64,000 nt of DNA from an uncultured Azospirillaceae bacterium (GCA_964352815.1 CAYGTO010000001.1:154820-218819), one strand, 5' to 3'; positions 1-9,977 are shown, counted from the stretch's first letter. Notes: a model not told the origin generated them from the sequence alone. Translations and numbers: made by a program.

Positions 1-1
1 A

Positions 2-709
2 AAGGCACTGACCGATGCGACGCATATTCTGATATCTGTGCCGCCTACGGAAACAGGGTGCCCCATTGCCGCATTATTTGAAGAATATGCGATGGAGCTA
101 CCGAACCTTACATGGCTGGGATATTTCTCTTCTACTGGCGTATATGGTGATGCTGGGGGAGAGTGGGTGGATGAAACGACGCCCGCGGCGCCTATTTCAG
201 AGCGCGGTAAACGGCGTGCAACGGCAGAACAGCAATGGCTTGGTCTATCAGAGAAAAACAGTGTTCCGTCCCATGTTTTTCGCCTGTCAGGGATTTATGG
301 CCCTGAACCTGGGCGTAATATTTTCTCGCGTATTGAACAAGGCAAGGTACAGCATATCTACGCACCGGGGCATTATATCTCGCGAATTCACGTTGATGAT
401 ATTGCGCAAGCCGTTCTTGCCTCCATGACGCAGCCAACACCAGGCGAGATCTATAATCTGGCAGATGATGCGCCAAGCCCAACGCATGAGGTGACGGAAG
501 ACGCCTATCAATTGTTGGGCCAAACGTTGCCGCCAAGGGTGTCAGTTCAAGACGCCGAGCTCTCTGATTTTGCCGCATCTATGTATGCGGTGAATAAGCG
601 TGTGTGCAGTGCAAAAGTTAAGAGAACCTTAAATATTGTATGGTATTATCCTTCTATACGTGACGGGCTGCGCGCCATTCATCAAGCTTTGCCCAAACAG
701 CCAGCATAG
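2..709 (+). CDS. NAD-dependent epimerase/dehydratase (SDR) family protein, 5' end cut by window edge
   Basis: The frame is open from nt 2 (KALTDATHILISVPPTETG...), so the tracked GTG at 38 is internal. C-terminal extended-SDR-like pattern (SGIYGP, SRIHVDDIAQAV, IYNLADD). Confidence 0.6.
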   Translation, partial: KALTDATHILISVPPTETGCPIAALFEEYAMELPNLTWLGYFSSTGVYGDAGGEWVDETTPAAPISERGKRRATAEQQWLGLSEKNSVPSHVFRLSGIYGPEPGRNIFSRIEQGKVQHIYAPGHYISRIHVDDIAQAVLASMTQPTPGEIYNLADDAPSPTHEVTEDAYQLLGQTLPPRVSVQDAELSDFAASMYAVNKRVCSAKVKRTLNIVWYYPSIRDGLRAIHQALPKQPA

Positions 710-743
710 GTTGTATTTAGCGCAAATTGTAAAGTGCTTGAGA

Positions 744-759
744 TGGCACAAGGATTGCT
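744..759 (+). promoter_or_regulatory. candidate sigma-54 (-24/-12) promoter
   Basis: TGGCAC-AAGGA-TTGCT matches TGGCAC-N5-TTGC(W). It lies in the intergenic region 76 nt upstream of the ATG at 835. Confidence 0.5.
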
Positions 760-834
760 ACTTAACTCATTCAAATAGGTTAAAATGCTGCCTGATTGCA
801 TGCCCTGAGCTGTGTCGGCAACCAAGGAGGAGTT

Positions 835-1332
835 ATGACGCCTTTTAAAATGATGGCAATTGTGCCAATAATTGTGCTGCTATCCGCCTGTCAGGGAGCG
901 GTTGATACGACTAGCAGTGTCGCTAAAGACGCGGCGCATAGCTTCAGCATTGCGACCAATGCGATTATTGACGCGTTTTCATATAATGAACCGCCTGAGA
1001 AAAAATTGCCGCCTAAGCGCTATTGCTACCGGGCTGATACTGACGTGGTGTGCTATAAAGAGCCGCGTTTCGAGAGCACGATGGGCAATTTGACGGGGGC
1101 GCAAGGCTATGATCGTGAAGGAGCCACCGCGCCAGGCGATCCAATCTTATACCCATCTACGGTGACGTACCGCGAACCTTTCATGGAGGACGATGTGGAG
1201 GATAGTATCGTGGTGACAGATAATGGTGTGCCAAGTGATGTGATTGAGCCGATGGGTGGCCCGCTTGAAGCGAATGCGGCTGATGATATTACTAATCCGG
1301 AAGAAGCACCTGTATCCTTGATGGGGTTTTAG
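835..1332 (+). CDS. hypothetical lipoprotein
   Basis: The ATG at 835 is preceded by AGGAGG (825-830). The N-terminus MTPFKMMAIVPIIVLLSAC has a lipobox (LLSAC). The rest is acidic with no recognisable family. Confidence 0.6.
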   Translation: MTPFKMMAIVPIIVLLSACQGAVDTTSSVAKDAAHSFSIATNAIIDAFSYNEPPEKKLPPKRYCYRADTDVVCYKEPRFESTMGNLTGAQGYDREGATAPGDPILYPSTVTYREPFMEDDVEDSIVVTDNGVPSDVIEPMGGPLEANAADDITNPEEAPVSLMGF

Positions 1333-2663
1333 GCAGTCAGCAAGGTGGATTCTGTGGCAGGGTTTTGCTGCTGCGAATGTTCTGCATGGCCCCAGACAAT
1401 GCTGTCGAAGCTATCACAGTGATCACATACCATCTGCCATTGCTCGTGAGACGTGCCACACTGGCTGCACAGCCATTGCTTATCACTCATTGCTCCTGCG
1501 GCCTTGGTTAGCCATTTTTCAGCGGCTTTATTATCGCCATGCTCCCCTTTCTCCACTGCTGCTAGCATCTGATAGATGCGCGCGGTTTTCTCTTTAGTCA
1601 GAGCAATTTTGAGGGCATTTCGTGCCTTCTCCCACTGCGCATTTTCAATGGCTACCATTGCTGTGGCAATATCACTTTCCCCATGCTCACTCGAGTAGGA
1701 GGTGAGTTTCTCGATCGCTTTCTCCTTTTTCTTAGGCGAAGCGTCTTGGAGCATATCCAGGTATAGTTCTGTCAGGGTAGGGTGCGGCTTATAGCGCCAT
1801 TGCGCATGGATGAGTTTCACAAATTTGCGGCGCTCATTTTGATCGGAAAGCAGCCTGGCATAGGCGATGGCAGCCGGGAGGAAATGTTTTTCCGACTTAA
1901 GCGCCTGCTGGAGATACTCTTCGGCGGCCATGAAATGCGTGCTTTTGATCGCTTCAGCTGAACGGTAGGTGTGCATCATCGCTTCGAGGTGGCGTCCCTC
2001 ATCTTTACTAATGGCTCGCGCGCGTACCGCAATGCGCACCCCTTCGGTGGCTTCGATCCATGCATGATTACGCAGCGCAATTTCGAGGAAGCTTTGCGCG
2101 ACCCAGCTATTATTGGGTTTTTGCGAAAAAGCTTCGCGCGCATGATGCAGCGCTTCCGCATATTTTTTCTCACGGACCAGTGAACGCGCTAAGCCGCACT
2201 GACCAAGAAAGGCGGCGCTCTCATGATGCGATAGCGCTTCGAGATACTGCTTGGTTTGTGAATTATCCTGATTTTTGTGTGAGAGCTGTGCATGCATGAG
2301 CAAGGTAGCAGGGTTCTCGGGGAGATATTTATCTGCTTTCGCAAGCGCGCTTTTCGCAGCTTTAACATCATGAGTGGCGAGTGCAATCATCGCATGGTTC
2401 ATTGCCTCAATGCCGCGCTGCTGGCGGACATATTTATAATGACGCTTGGTGCGGAACGGCGCCATCGCGACCGTTGATATCAGTGAGGATAGCGCCCAAA
2501 GCGCAAGGATCACACAGATAAGCATAAAGGCGAGTAACGCAGCCGGGGCTTCGATGCGATAGCCGAACCATTCGAAACGGACAATGCCAGGATTCTCCAC
2601 CATCCAGGATGCACCGTATATGGCAGGGATGAGTAAGAGGATGAGTGCAATGATACGAGACAT
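1329..2663 (-). CDS. HemY-like (heme biosynthesis HemY N-terminal domain) TPR membrane protein with C-terminal zinc-ribbon
   Basis: Two N-terminal TM helices and the VENPG..V.F.W.GY.IE motif typical of HemY_N. A TPR-like helical body follows, and the C-terminus has CSQCG...CDHC. It sits downstream of hemC-hemD. Confidence 0.7.
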   Translation of the reverse strand: MSRIIALILLLIPAIYGASWMVENPGIVRFEWFGYRIEAPAALLAFMLICVILALWALSSLISTVAMAPFRTKRHYKYVRQQRGIEAMNHAMIALATHDVKAAKSALAKADKYLPENPATLLMHAQLSHKNQDNSQTKQYLEALSHHESAAFLGQCGLARSLVREKKYAEALHHAREAFSQKPNNSWVAQSFLEIALRNHAWIEATEGVRIAVRARAISKDEGRHLEAMMHTYRSAEAIKSTHFMAAEEYLQQALKSEKHFLPAAIAYARLLSDQNERRKFVKLIHAQWRYKPHPTLTELYLDMLQDASPKKKEKAIEKLTSYSSEHGESDIATAMVAIENAQWEKARNALKIALTKEKTARIYQMLAAVEKGEHGDNKAAEKWLTKAAGAMSDKQWLCSQCGTSHEQWQMVCDHCDSFDSIVWGHAEHSQQQNPATESTLLTA

Positions 2664-2674
2664 GAGACTGCCCC

Positions 2675-3739
2675 TTATTCTTGCGGAGGAGATGGTGTAG
2701 CCGAACGCTGCAGCATTGCTGAGGCAAGTTCTTGATAGAGCTTCTCGGCAGCGAGATAGGCCTTGGCTTGCTCAAGCCACGCGTCAAACAAAGGCGCAGT
2801 CGGTTCAGAAAGCGCGCTTATCTCGGCAATGGCGTCAGAGAGGGTGCCATCCATCAACGCATTTTCTGCGCGTTGAATGAGCGCACTATCTGAGCTGCCT
2901 TCTGCATCAATTTTGCGGATTTTGACGAGCTTTGCGAGTGTATTGGCTTGCTCTTGCCACCAGCCTTCGCCTTCCACTTTAATCGCAAGTGCTTCATCGG
3001 ATGCGTCAACGAACCCACGTAAAAGCGCTTCCTTGCGGAATAGGATGACCGATTCTTTCTTCAAAAGGGCGATGGTTTTGAGTAATTCAGAATCTGCTTG
3101 CAACACGGCACTTAAGTCTGTAAGTGCGCGATTGAACGCCGCGGCAGATTGTTTCCGTGCGCGTTCGACCTTGTCCCACGCGATCAAACTGCGTAGCGCG
3201 TCGACATTGTTACTCATGGCGGGGGCGCGTTCGGATGCTATCCGTGTGCTGTTTTGCGCATTCTCTTTCAGTGTTGCAATCGCCGCGTCTTGTTCCGTAA
3301 GCTGAGTGCGCAGCGCGATAAGCTCTTTTTGTAATGCCGTAATCGCTTCATCAGACGCCTGCGCAGCCGGAGCATTGTTGGTAGTAATTGATGGCTCGTC
3401 GCTGATTGGCTGTGCCGCGATGGCTTCTTTTAGTGTTCTGATTTCTTCAAAGAGTGTTTCTGTTTGCAGTTCTTGATCTTCGAGTTGGCTGATCAGGAGT
3501 TCTACTTCTGTTACAATATCTTCGACTGTCGATGAGTCAAGAGTCGATTCATTCTGAGTAGGCGTTGGTTGTGGCAGCATCATCTGCTGGTAATACAGAT
3601 AACCAGAAAGGCCGCATGAAGCGAGGGCAAGGAGCAGTGCGAGCGTACCGACAAATGATGTCCGCCTGGCAGGCTTTTCAGGTGTCACATCGATGATGGT
3701 TGCATCATCAATGTCATCATTGTGTGAGTCGTCTCCCAT
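2675..3739 (-). CDS. Mic60/mitofilin-like (COG4223) inner-membrane coiled-coil protein
   Basis: One N-terminal TM helix (FVGTLALLLALASCGLSGYLYY), a long coiled coil, and a conserved C-terminal domain. It lies between hemD and the hemY-like gene, the position described for alphaproteobacterial Mic60. Confidence 0.6.
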   Translation of the reverse strand: MGDDSHNDDIDDATIIDVTPEKPARRTSFVGTLALLLALASCGLSGYLYYQQMMLPQPTPTQNESTLDSSTVEDIVTEVELLISQLEDQELQTETLFEEIRTLKEAIAAQPISDEPSITTNNAPAAQASDEAITALQKELIALRTQLTEQDAAIATLKENAQNSTRIASERAPAMSNNVDALRSLIAWDKVERARKQSAAAFNRALTDLSAVLQADSELLKTIALLKKESVILFRKEALLRGFVDASDEALAIKVEGEGWWQEQANTLAKLVKIRKIDAEGSSDSALIQRAENALMDGTLSDAIAEISALSEPTAPLFDAWLEQAKAYLAAEKLYQELASAMLQRSATPSPPQE

Positions 3740-3788
3740 AGATCGCTTATAGGGAATGGGAGCAGGGCTGTCAGCATAATTCTGAGGA

Positions 3789-4538
3789 TTATGAAGGGGC
3801 GTGGATGGCTTTTTTCAGGCTGTTAATCAAGCCCTTATTATTGGGGATGCTTGCTAGAAGGCGGCGCTCAAAGCCGGATTGCATGGCTTCTTTCGCAATA
3901 TTTGAACTTTGGCAGACGGCGATTATATCTTCGGGGTCGATATCATGTTTCTTGAGTAGGTGCGCACATAAGGACGCCATGCGCGGCGACGTCAAACAGA
4001 CGAATTGCACTTGTTTATCTTTGATCTTTTTGACCAACACATCGCTTAAATCGCTCGCGGCTTTTTGCTGATAGGTAATTTTTCGGTGCACATGAATATC
4101 GAGTTTCTCGAGTGGTTCGGTGATGTCGCGGCTAATATGTTCGCCGCTGAAATAGAGGACATCCGTGATTTTTGTGAAATGCGCCTCGTCGCGCTTTTTT
4201 TCGATAATTTCGAGTACATCATCGATGGTTGGCAGCATCATCAAGTAGCCCTTATGGCCTTGCTTTTGTAACATTGCTTCAGCGCGTGCTCCCACCGCGT
4301 AAGCAGGCATTTTCTTCAACGGTTCAACGAGTGAACAAAATTGTAGCGCATGCGGGCTTGAGATGAGGAGCGCGGTTTCGGGCTTGATCAGCGCCTTCTC
4401 GACCGCGGGACATTCCTTGGGCCCTTCAATGGTCATGACCGGCTCAACAAAGGGCGACATATCAATCGCTTTGACTTCCTTCGCGAACAGGCTGGCGCCA
4501 GGTTCGGGTTTGGGAATCCAACAGATATGCTCGCTCAT
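3789..4538 (-). CDS. hemD: uroporphyrinogen-III synthase
   Basis: About 249 aa from Met54 of the tracked ORF (MSEHICW...). This start lies 4 nt after the hemC stop. HemD-sized with two-lobe Rossmann-like repeats. The call rests largely on position after hemC. Confidence 0.6.
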   Translation of the reverse strand: MSEHICWIPKPEPGASLFAKEVKAIDMSPFVEPVMTIEGPKECPAVEKALIKPETALLISSPHALQFCSLVEPLKKMPAYAVGARAEAMLQKQGHKGYLMMLPTIDDVLEIIEKKRDEAHFTKITDVLYFSGEHISRDITEPLEKLDIHVHRKITYQQKAASDLSDVLVKKIKDKQVQFVCLTSPRMASLCAHLLKKHDIDPEDIIAVCQSSNIAKEAMQSGFERRLLASIPNNKGLINSLKKAIHAPS

Positions 4539-4542
4539 CAGC

Positions 4543-5484
4543 CTATGCCTTCCATCGTTTATAGCCTTTGCCTGCTTGTGAACGTAGCATATCTCCGACG
4601 CGAATGCCAAGCTGTTCCACCTCATCCATATGCAGGCTATGGGCGATGGCAATGCCGTCATAGCAGGGCAAGCCTGACGGGTGACACAGCCGGCCATGCA
4701 GCGTCATTTCATTATTCTCAATGGTTGCGTGCCCGGCAATGGGCGTGCGGCACGTGCCATCAAGCACTTTAAGCATGGCGCGTTCCGCATGGGTGCACAG
4801 CGCCGTTGGCGTGTCATTCAACGGTGCGAGCATGACACGCATCTCATGATCATCGGTTCGGCATGTTACCGCAATGGCGCCTTGAGCAACGGCAGGAATC
4901 ATGGTCATGAGTGGGTCGAACAGCTCTTTCGCTTCAGCTTCAAGGCCAAGGCGGCGAAGGCCCGCATAAGCGAGAAGGGTGGCGTCAACCTCTCCTTCAC
5001 CTAATTTCTTCAAACGCGTTTGCACATTGCCGCGAAACGGCACCACCTTAAGGTCAGGGCGCTTATATTTGATCTGGCTGCCGCGGCGCAGGGAGGCTGT
5101 GCCGATGGTGGCGCCTTCCGGGAGGGCCTCGAGGGATACATATTTCTCAGACAGAAACGCATCACGTACATCTTCACGTTCAAGCACCGCGCCAATGATA
5201 ATCCCTTCGGGAAGCTCGCTTGGCATGTCTTTCATCGAATGCACCGCAATGTCGACATCACCCTGAAGCAGCGCATCATCAATTTCTTTAGTAAACAAAC
5301 CCTTATAGCCCCACTTGGCAAGAGATTTCCCTTCTTGCTGATTATCACCCTTCGTGGTCATCAAATGTAGCTCGGAGGGGCAGTGGACATGGTCATCAAT
5401 CCATTCCGCCACTTGCCGTGCTTGCACTTGTGCAAGCTGGCTCGCGCGGCTGCCGATAATCACAGGGGTGGAACGCTCAATCAT
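4543..5484 (-). CDS. hemC: hydroxymethylbilane synthase (porphobilinogen deaminase)
   Basis: IGSRASQLAQVQA, DIAVHSMKDMP, IGTASLRR and the C-terminal GTCRTPIAG cofactor-Cys region. The start at Met11 has a purine-rich RBS; the ATG at 5514 is an alternative. Confidence 0.9.
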   Translation of the reverse strand: MIERSTPVIIGSRASQLAQVQARQVAEWIDDHVHCPSELHLMTTKGDNQQEGKSLAKWGYKGLFTKEIDDALLQGDVDIAVHSMKDMPSELPEGIIIGAVLEREDVRDAFLSEKYVSLEALPEGATIGTASLRRGSQIKYKRPDLKVVPFRGNVQTRLKKLGEGEVDATLLAYAGLRRLGLEAEAKELFDPLMTMIPAVAQGAIAVTCRTDDHEMRVMLAPLNDTPTALCTHAERAMLKVLDGTCRTPIAGHATIENNEMTLHGRLCHPSGLPCYDGIAIAHSLHMDEVEQLGIRVGDMLRSQAGKGYKRWKA

Positions 5485-5558
5485 AGCTCTCTTCTTTTTA
5501 TGAATTGCCACCATAGCAAAAAGGATGCATTTCGCATCTCTTTTGCTACAACCATCCT

Positions 5559-6620
5559 ATGAAAACTGTATTAGCCATTGAAACCAGCTGTGATGAGACG
5601 GCGGCCGCGGTGATCTGTGACCATGAGGATCGCGGGAAACGTATTCGCTCGAACGTGATTTACTCGCAGCTCGATGAGCATGAAATCTATGGTGGCGTAG
5701 TACCGGAAATCGCGGCGCGTGCCCATTTACAGAAGGTTCAAGAAGTGATTCGTAGCGCGTGTGATCAAGCGGAGTTTTCGCTTTCTGACATAGATGCGCT
5801 GGCAGTGACCGCTGGCCCCGGGCTGATTGGCGGGGTCATGGTCGGCGTAATGACGGCAAAAGCGATGGCTGCGTCGCTCAATACCCCGCTGCTGATGATC
5901 AATCATCTCGAGGGTCATGCGCTGACCGCGCGATTAACCGATGATGTTGCCTTTCCTTATTTGCTACTGCTTATTTCGGGCGGGCACTGCCAGTTCGTAA
6001 TCGCGCACGAGGTTGGGCATTATGAAACGATTGGTAGCACAATCGATGATGCACTAGGTGAGGCGTTTGATAAATGTGCGAAAATGATGGGGCTGCCCTA
6101 TCCGGGTGGCCCGCACATTGAGGCACTTGCCAAGCAAGGGGATGCAGCGCGGTTTGCTTTGCCAAAACCGCTTTGCGATAAACCCGGGTGTGACATGTCT
6201 TTCGCGGGATTGAAGACGGCAGTGCGCTACCAATTGCGAGAGCTTCAGGCAGCACAGGGGCAGCTAACGCAGCAGGATAAGTGCGATATGGCCGCGTCGT
6301 TCCAGCGCACAGTAAGCGAGGTGCTTGAACATAAGGTGGCGGCAGCCATGGCGCTGGCTAAAGAAAGCGTGCCAAAGATCGAACGCTTCGTCATTGCGGG
6401 AGGCGTGGCGGCGAATCAAGCGATTTCCCATGCGATGCGTACACTGTTCGTAAAGCATGGTTGGTCGCTGATTGTCCCGCCGCCTGGCTTATGCACGGAT
6501 AATGCGGCGATGATTGGCTGGGCGGCGATCGAACGGTTACGGCTCAATAAAATAGAAGCGATGGATGAGGCGTTAGCCTTCTCCCCTAGGGCGCGCTGGC
6601 CTCTGGCGGAGCTGGGATAG
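5559..6620 (+). CDS. tsaD: tRNA N6-adenosine threonylcarbamoyltransferase
   Basis: LAIETSCDETAAAV, HLEGH, SGGHC, GGVAAN motifs of the Kae1/TsaD family. Confidence 0.92.
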   Translation: MKTVLAIETSCDETAAAVICDHEDRGKRIRSNVIYSQLDEHEIYGGVVPEIAARAHLQKVQEVIRSACDQAEFSLSDIDALAVTAGPGLIGGVMVGVMTAKAMAASLNTPLLMINHLEGHALTARLTDDVAFPYLLLLISGGHCQFVIAHEVGHYETIGSTIDDALGEAFDKCAKMMGLPYPGGPHIEALAKQGDAARFALPKPLCDKPGCDMSFAGLKTAVRYQLRELQAAQGQLTQQDKCDMAASFQRTVSEVLEHKVAAAMALAKESVPKIERFVIAGGVAANQAISHAMRTLFVKHGWSLIVPPPGLCTDNAAMIGWAAIERLRLNKIEAMDEALAFSPRARWPLAELG

Positions 6621-7464
6621 GCAAGGTTTTTGGCTTATCCGGATGCGTCACGGGTAGGAAACCATATTTCGCAAAAATATCCTGTGCGGTTTCGCCTTTC
6701 AGATAGTTCAAGAAGCCGCGCGCCGCATCCATGTTATCACCTGCGACCACCGATGCTTGATAGACGATCGGGGAATAATAGTCTTGGGGAATGGTGTCCA
6801 CCACGCGCAAGGCAGGGTTGGTTAGGATATCGCTGAGATAGACCAGGCCCAGATTGTTACGAGCAATGATATTAGAGAGGTCCGTTGAATCTTGAAGAAT
6901 CACTAGGCGTGGTTCCACTTGCTTAAGCAAATTCATGTTCGAGAGCGCTTCAATGGAGTAGCCGCCCAACCCTTCATATTCAGCATCAATAATCGCGAAC
7001 GAAAAATCTGGGTTAATCGGCTCCATGGTGCTGGAAAGATCAGCCTTAGGTGAGCCATCTTCTTTCGGTGATAGGCTGAGGCGCATATCGTTTGTTGCTG
7101 ATGCTGCCAGCACCAAACGATTCTCGATGAATGAGCTGATCGAATAGACATCCAACAATCCCATATTATTCAGATCCACAATGCTTCGATGACGGTCGGT
7201 AAGAAAGACGTTTGCTTCCGCACCCTGTTCAATGAGCTCGAGCTGCTCCGGCACAGAAGAAAAAGATGCGGATACGGTAATGAAGTGATCGCGCGAATAA
7301 TGGCGGGTAATTTCGGTAATCGGCAGCGTCAGGCTCTTATCCGCCAGCACGGTGATAGAGCGCACCTCTTCTGTTTTGGCGCTGCCCACAGCGATGCTGG
7401 CACAACCTATAAGAAAGAGTATGAACGGTAATAGCGCATAACGGGTAAAAAGTGGATGATCCAT
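6586..7464 (-). CDS. ModA-like periplasmic substrate-binding protein (orphan, no permease or ATPase adjacent)
   Basis: Signal peptide or lipobox (LFLIGCAS). ModA-like pattern ITVLADKSL..., IEQGAEANVF, NRLVLAAS, YQASVVAG..A.GFLNYL. The 3' end overlaps tsaD convergently by 35 nt. Confidence 0.55.
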   Translation of the reverse strand: MDHPLFTRYALLPFILFLIGCASIAVGSAKTEEVRSITVLADKSLTLPITEITRHYSRDHFITVSASFSSVPEQLELIEQGAEANVFLTDRHRSIVDLNNMGLLDVYSISSFIENRLVLAASATNDMRLSLSPKEDGSPKADLSSTMEPINPDFSFAIIDAEYEGLGGYSIEALSNMNLLKQVEPRLVILQDSTDLSNIIARNNLGLVYLSDILTNPALRVVDTIPQDYYSPIVYQASVVAGDNMDAARGFLNYLKGETAQDIFAKYGFLPVTHPDKPKTLPIPAPPEASAP

Positions 7465-7510
7465 GAGTAACGCTGGTAATTTCTGAACATTATGATATGC
7501 GTGATAGCTA

Positions 7511-8206
7511 GTGAGTAAAAGAAAAAACATGACTCAATCAGAAAAAAATATGGAGCTTGATTACGCCTCTTCAAGGCAACCCGGCGAAGGCTTTTTTGTC
7601 CCTCTGCCGCGTGTCGGTGATATGGCTTTCGTCGAAACGCCCTATATCTTTGCACGCCTGTTCGGCTTCTTCTTCTGTATGCTTTGCATTGTGGCGCTGC
7701 CGTTTATTGTCGCCTTTACTTCAGGGGTCGCCAGCGCGGGCATTACCGCCGGTCTGCAAGTGCCGATTGAACAAAAGCCGTGGATGTATGTGCTGTTTGG
7801 TGTTGCGGCTGTGATGCTAGGGCGCCGCGGCATGGTGATTCTTCCCATCACTTGTTTATGCATGACCACGCTAGGCCAACTTCATGCGGCAGGCGGCGCC
7901 TATGCTATGCTCGATACTGTGGCCTATGGTGCACTGATTATTTTTGCTGCGGCTGCTACCATGGCGCGCAGTGTGCTCGTAGTGATTGGCATGGCGGCAG
8001 TAGGCGGGTTTTCCTACTTCACGGGAGCAGGGTTTTTACCTCAAGCACCGGAACTGGGCTACAACCTCTATTTCTTGCTCGGGAATTTGTCCGCAATTGC
8101 GTTGATGCTGCTTTCGGCGATGAGTTTTACCTTCACGCTGACTTGGCGCAACCAATGGCTGCACACGAAAGCTCGGGCCTTACCGGTAATTAGCCTGTTT
8201 TTTTAA
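7511..8206 (+). CDS. hypothetical multi-pass membrane protein
   Basis: About 5-6 hydrophobic helices and no recognisable motif. The GTG start is uncertain; ATGs at 7529 and 7550 are possible. Confidence 0.4.
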   Translation: MSKRKNMTQSEKNMELDYASSRQPGEGFFVPLPRVGDMAFVETPYIFARLFGFFFCMLCIVALPFIVAFTSGVASAGITAGLQVPIEQKPWMYVLFGVAAVMLGRRGMVILPITCLCMTTLGQLHAAGGAYAMLDTVAYGALIIFAAAATMARSVLVVIGMAAVGGFSYFTGAGFLPQAPELGYNLYFLLGNLSAIALMLLSAMSFTFTLTWRNQWLHTKARALPVISLFF

Positions 8207-9408
8207 GCCGCTTGAGCAAGCTTCATCGCATCAAACGCTCCGGCGAGGTCAGAGCGTAAATCTTCAATCGCTTCTAAGCCAATATGCAAGCGGACGATGT
8301 AGGTGTCGTCATTCCACTTTGACTTGGTGGCCGTGCGGATATGGGCTGGCTTATAGGCAATGACAAGGCTTTCATACCCGCCCCAGCTGAGGCCAATTCC
8401 GAAGAGCTTAAGCGCATTGACGAAGGCCGCGATCTGGTAACGCGAGTGATTCTCGAACACGACGCCAAACAGGCTGGCTGCGCCGGTAAAGTCGCGCTTC
8501 CAGAGCTCGTGCCCCGGCGCGCCTGGCAAGGCTGGGTAGAGCACTTCCGAGACTTCGGGGCGTTCTTTAATCCATCCCGCAATGTCGAGCGAGGCTTTCA
8601 TTTGCGCTTCCATACGCACGGCCATGGTCCGCAGGCCGCGCATGGCGAGAAAACAATTATCCCCGCTCGGGCATGCACCAATATTTTTGACCGTGCGATC
8701 CAGGGCAGGGACCAATGCTTCCGTGCAGGACACATACCCCATGAGCAAATCAGAATGGCCGGCAATATATTTCGTTGCGGATTGAATCGACACATCAATA
8801 CCCAAATCATACGGCTTGTAATGCAGTGGTGTACCCCAGGTATTGTCGCCAATCACAATGCAATCATGCTGGTGGGCGATATCGCAAATGCTGCGGACAT
8901 CCTGCACCTCAAAAGTTAGCGAGCCCGGAGATTCGAGGTAAATGACTTTCGTATTGTCTTTGATCAGTGATGCAATGCCGTCGCCAATTTCAGGATCATA
9001 ATAAGAGATTTCAACGCCCATGCGTGAAAGTTCATGATCGCAGAATTTGCGCGTTGGGCCATAGACGGTGTCGGCAATTAGCATGTGATCGCCACTTCCT
9101 ACAAAGGCGAGTAAGCAGACGGCAATCGCGCTGCAGCCAGATGCAAGCACCCAGCCCTTATGTGCCCCTTCGATATGGGCGAGGCTTTCTTCGAGCATGC
9201 GCGTGGTTTCGGTGCCCATCCGGCCATAGCCAGCGTTTGAAACAGGTTTACCCTGCTCATAGGCCTCAAACTCTTCAAAATCATTGAAGATGAGGGTCGA
9301 GGTGCGGTGAATCGGTGCGTTCACGGAGCCGCCACATGAAAGCGGGTCCCGTCCTAAGAGCGTTAGCCGCGTGGTCATATCCAGTGAATCAGAAATCTCA
9401 TGTGCCAT
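8203..9408 (-). CDS. metC: cystathionine beta-lyase (PLP-dependent)
   Basis: Cys/Met-metabolism PLP family with the SATKYIAGHSD lysine motif and an N-terminus (TRLT..GRD...GSVN.PI.R.ST) typical of MetC. Confidence 0.8.
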   Translation of the reverse strand: MAHEISDSLDMTTRLTLLGRDPLSCGGSVNAPIHRTSTLIFNDFEEFEAYEQGKPVSNAGYGRMGTETTRMLEESLAHIEGAHKGWVLASGCSAIAVCLLAFVGSGDHMLIADTVYGPTRKFCDHELSRMGVEISYYDPEIGDGIASLIKDNTKVIYLESPGSLTFEVQDVRSICDIAHQHDCIVIGDNTWGTPLHYKPYDLGIDVSIQSATKYIAGHSDLLMGYVSCTEALVPALDRTVKNIGACPSGDNCFLAMRGLRTMAVRMEAQMKASLDIAGWIKERPEVSEVLYPALPGAPGHELWKRDFTGAASLFGVVFENHSRYQIAAFVNALKLFGIGLSWGGYESLVIAYKPAHIRTATKSKWNDDTYIVRLHIGLEAIEDLRSDLAGAFDAMKLAQAA

Positions 9409-9428
9409 GGTGGCCTCTTGTTTTTAGG

Positions 9429-9896
9429 TTACGAAAAGGATTTCCAAGAAAGCCCGATAAGGAGGTGTGTGACTTCCCCATCCGGCTTTCCAAAGGGTAA
9501 CAGAGAAGAACGATATTTCACGATTCTCTGATTGTCACTGACAAATTTCCCCTCATGATACATTGGCTCTTTGCGCTTCACCGTTTCGTCGGCCTTCTTA
9601 ATAATGTGAGAACCTTTGAAGGCGACATTGTTCGGCTTAATCATTTTGCCTGATAAATCTTCGCCCGTTAACTCAGTCACCTTGTCGCCCATCAGCTTGC
9701 ACACGTAGATTTTTTTATCCACCGGCGAGGGTTGAACAGCGAGCACCATACATTGTGGCCACACATCCTCAAGGGCACTGGGTTGAATAGCCTCAAAACG
9801 CGGCAATATGTTTGCATCGGTGAGGAGTTTGTCCCAGTAATTGAGCAGGCGGGTGGTAAGGCGTTTATCGTTTTGCATGGATTCGGAAAGCTTCAT
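9429..9896 (-). CDS. PAS-fold protein, COG5388/DUF1457 family
   Basis: LLNYWDKL....ILPRFEAIQPSALEDVWPQCMVL...Y.CKLMGDKVTELTGEDLSGK matches the conserved pattern of this small alphaproteobacterial PAS family. Confidence 0.55.
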   Translation of the reverse strand: MKLSESMQNDKRLTTRLLNYWDKLLTDANILPRFEAIQPSALEDVWPQCMVLAVQPSPVDKKIYVCKLMGDKVTELTGEDLSGKMIKPNNVAFKGSHIIKKADETVKRKEPMYHEGKFVSDNQRIVKYRSSLLPFGKPDGEVTHLLIGLSWKSFS

Positions 9897-9977
9897 TTTC
9901 TTACTTGTACTAGCCCGTAGCTATGCGTATGCTGCGCGGCAAAGTCAATGAAACATTTGCTAAGGAAAAACAAGACC

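Noticed and set aside
6586-6620. 35-nt convergent overlap of tsaD and the ModA-like gene as a sign of frameshift or pseudogene
   Set aside because: Both ORFs are full length with intact conserved motifs to their ends. The ModA-like C-terminal tail is Pro-rich low-complexity sequence that can tolerate overlap. There is no evidence of disruption.
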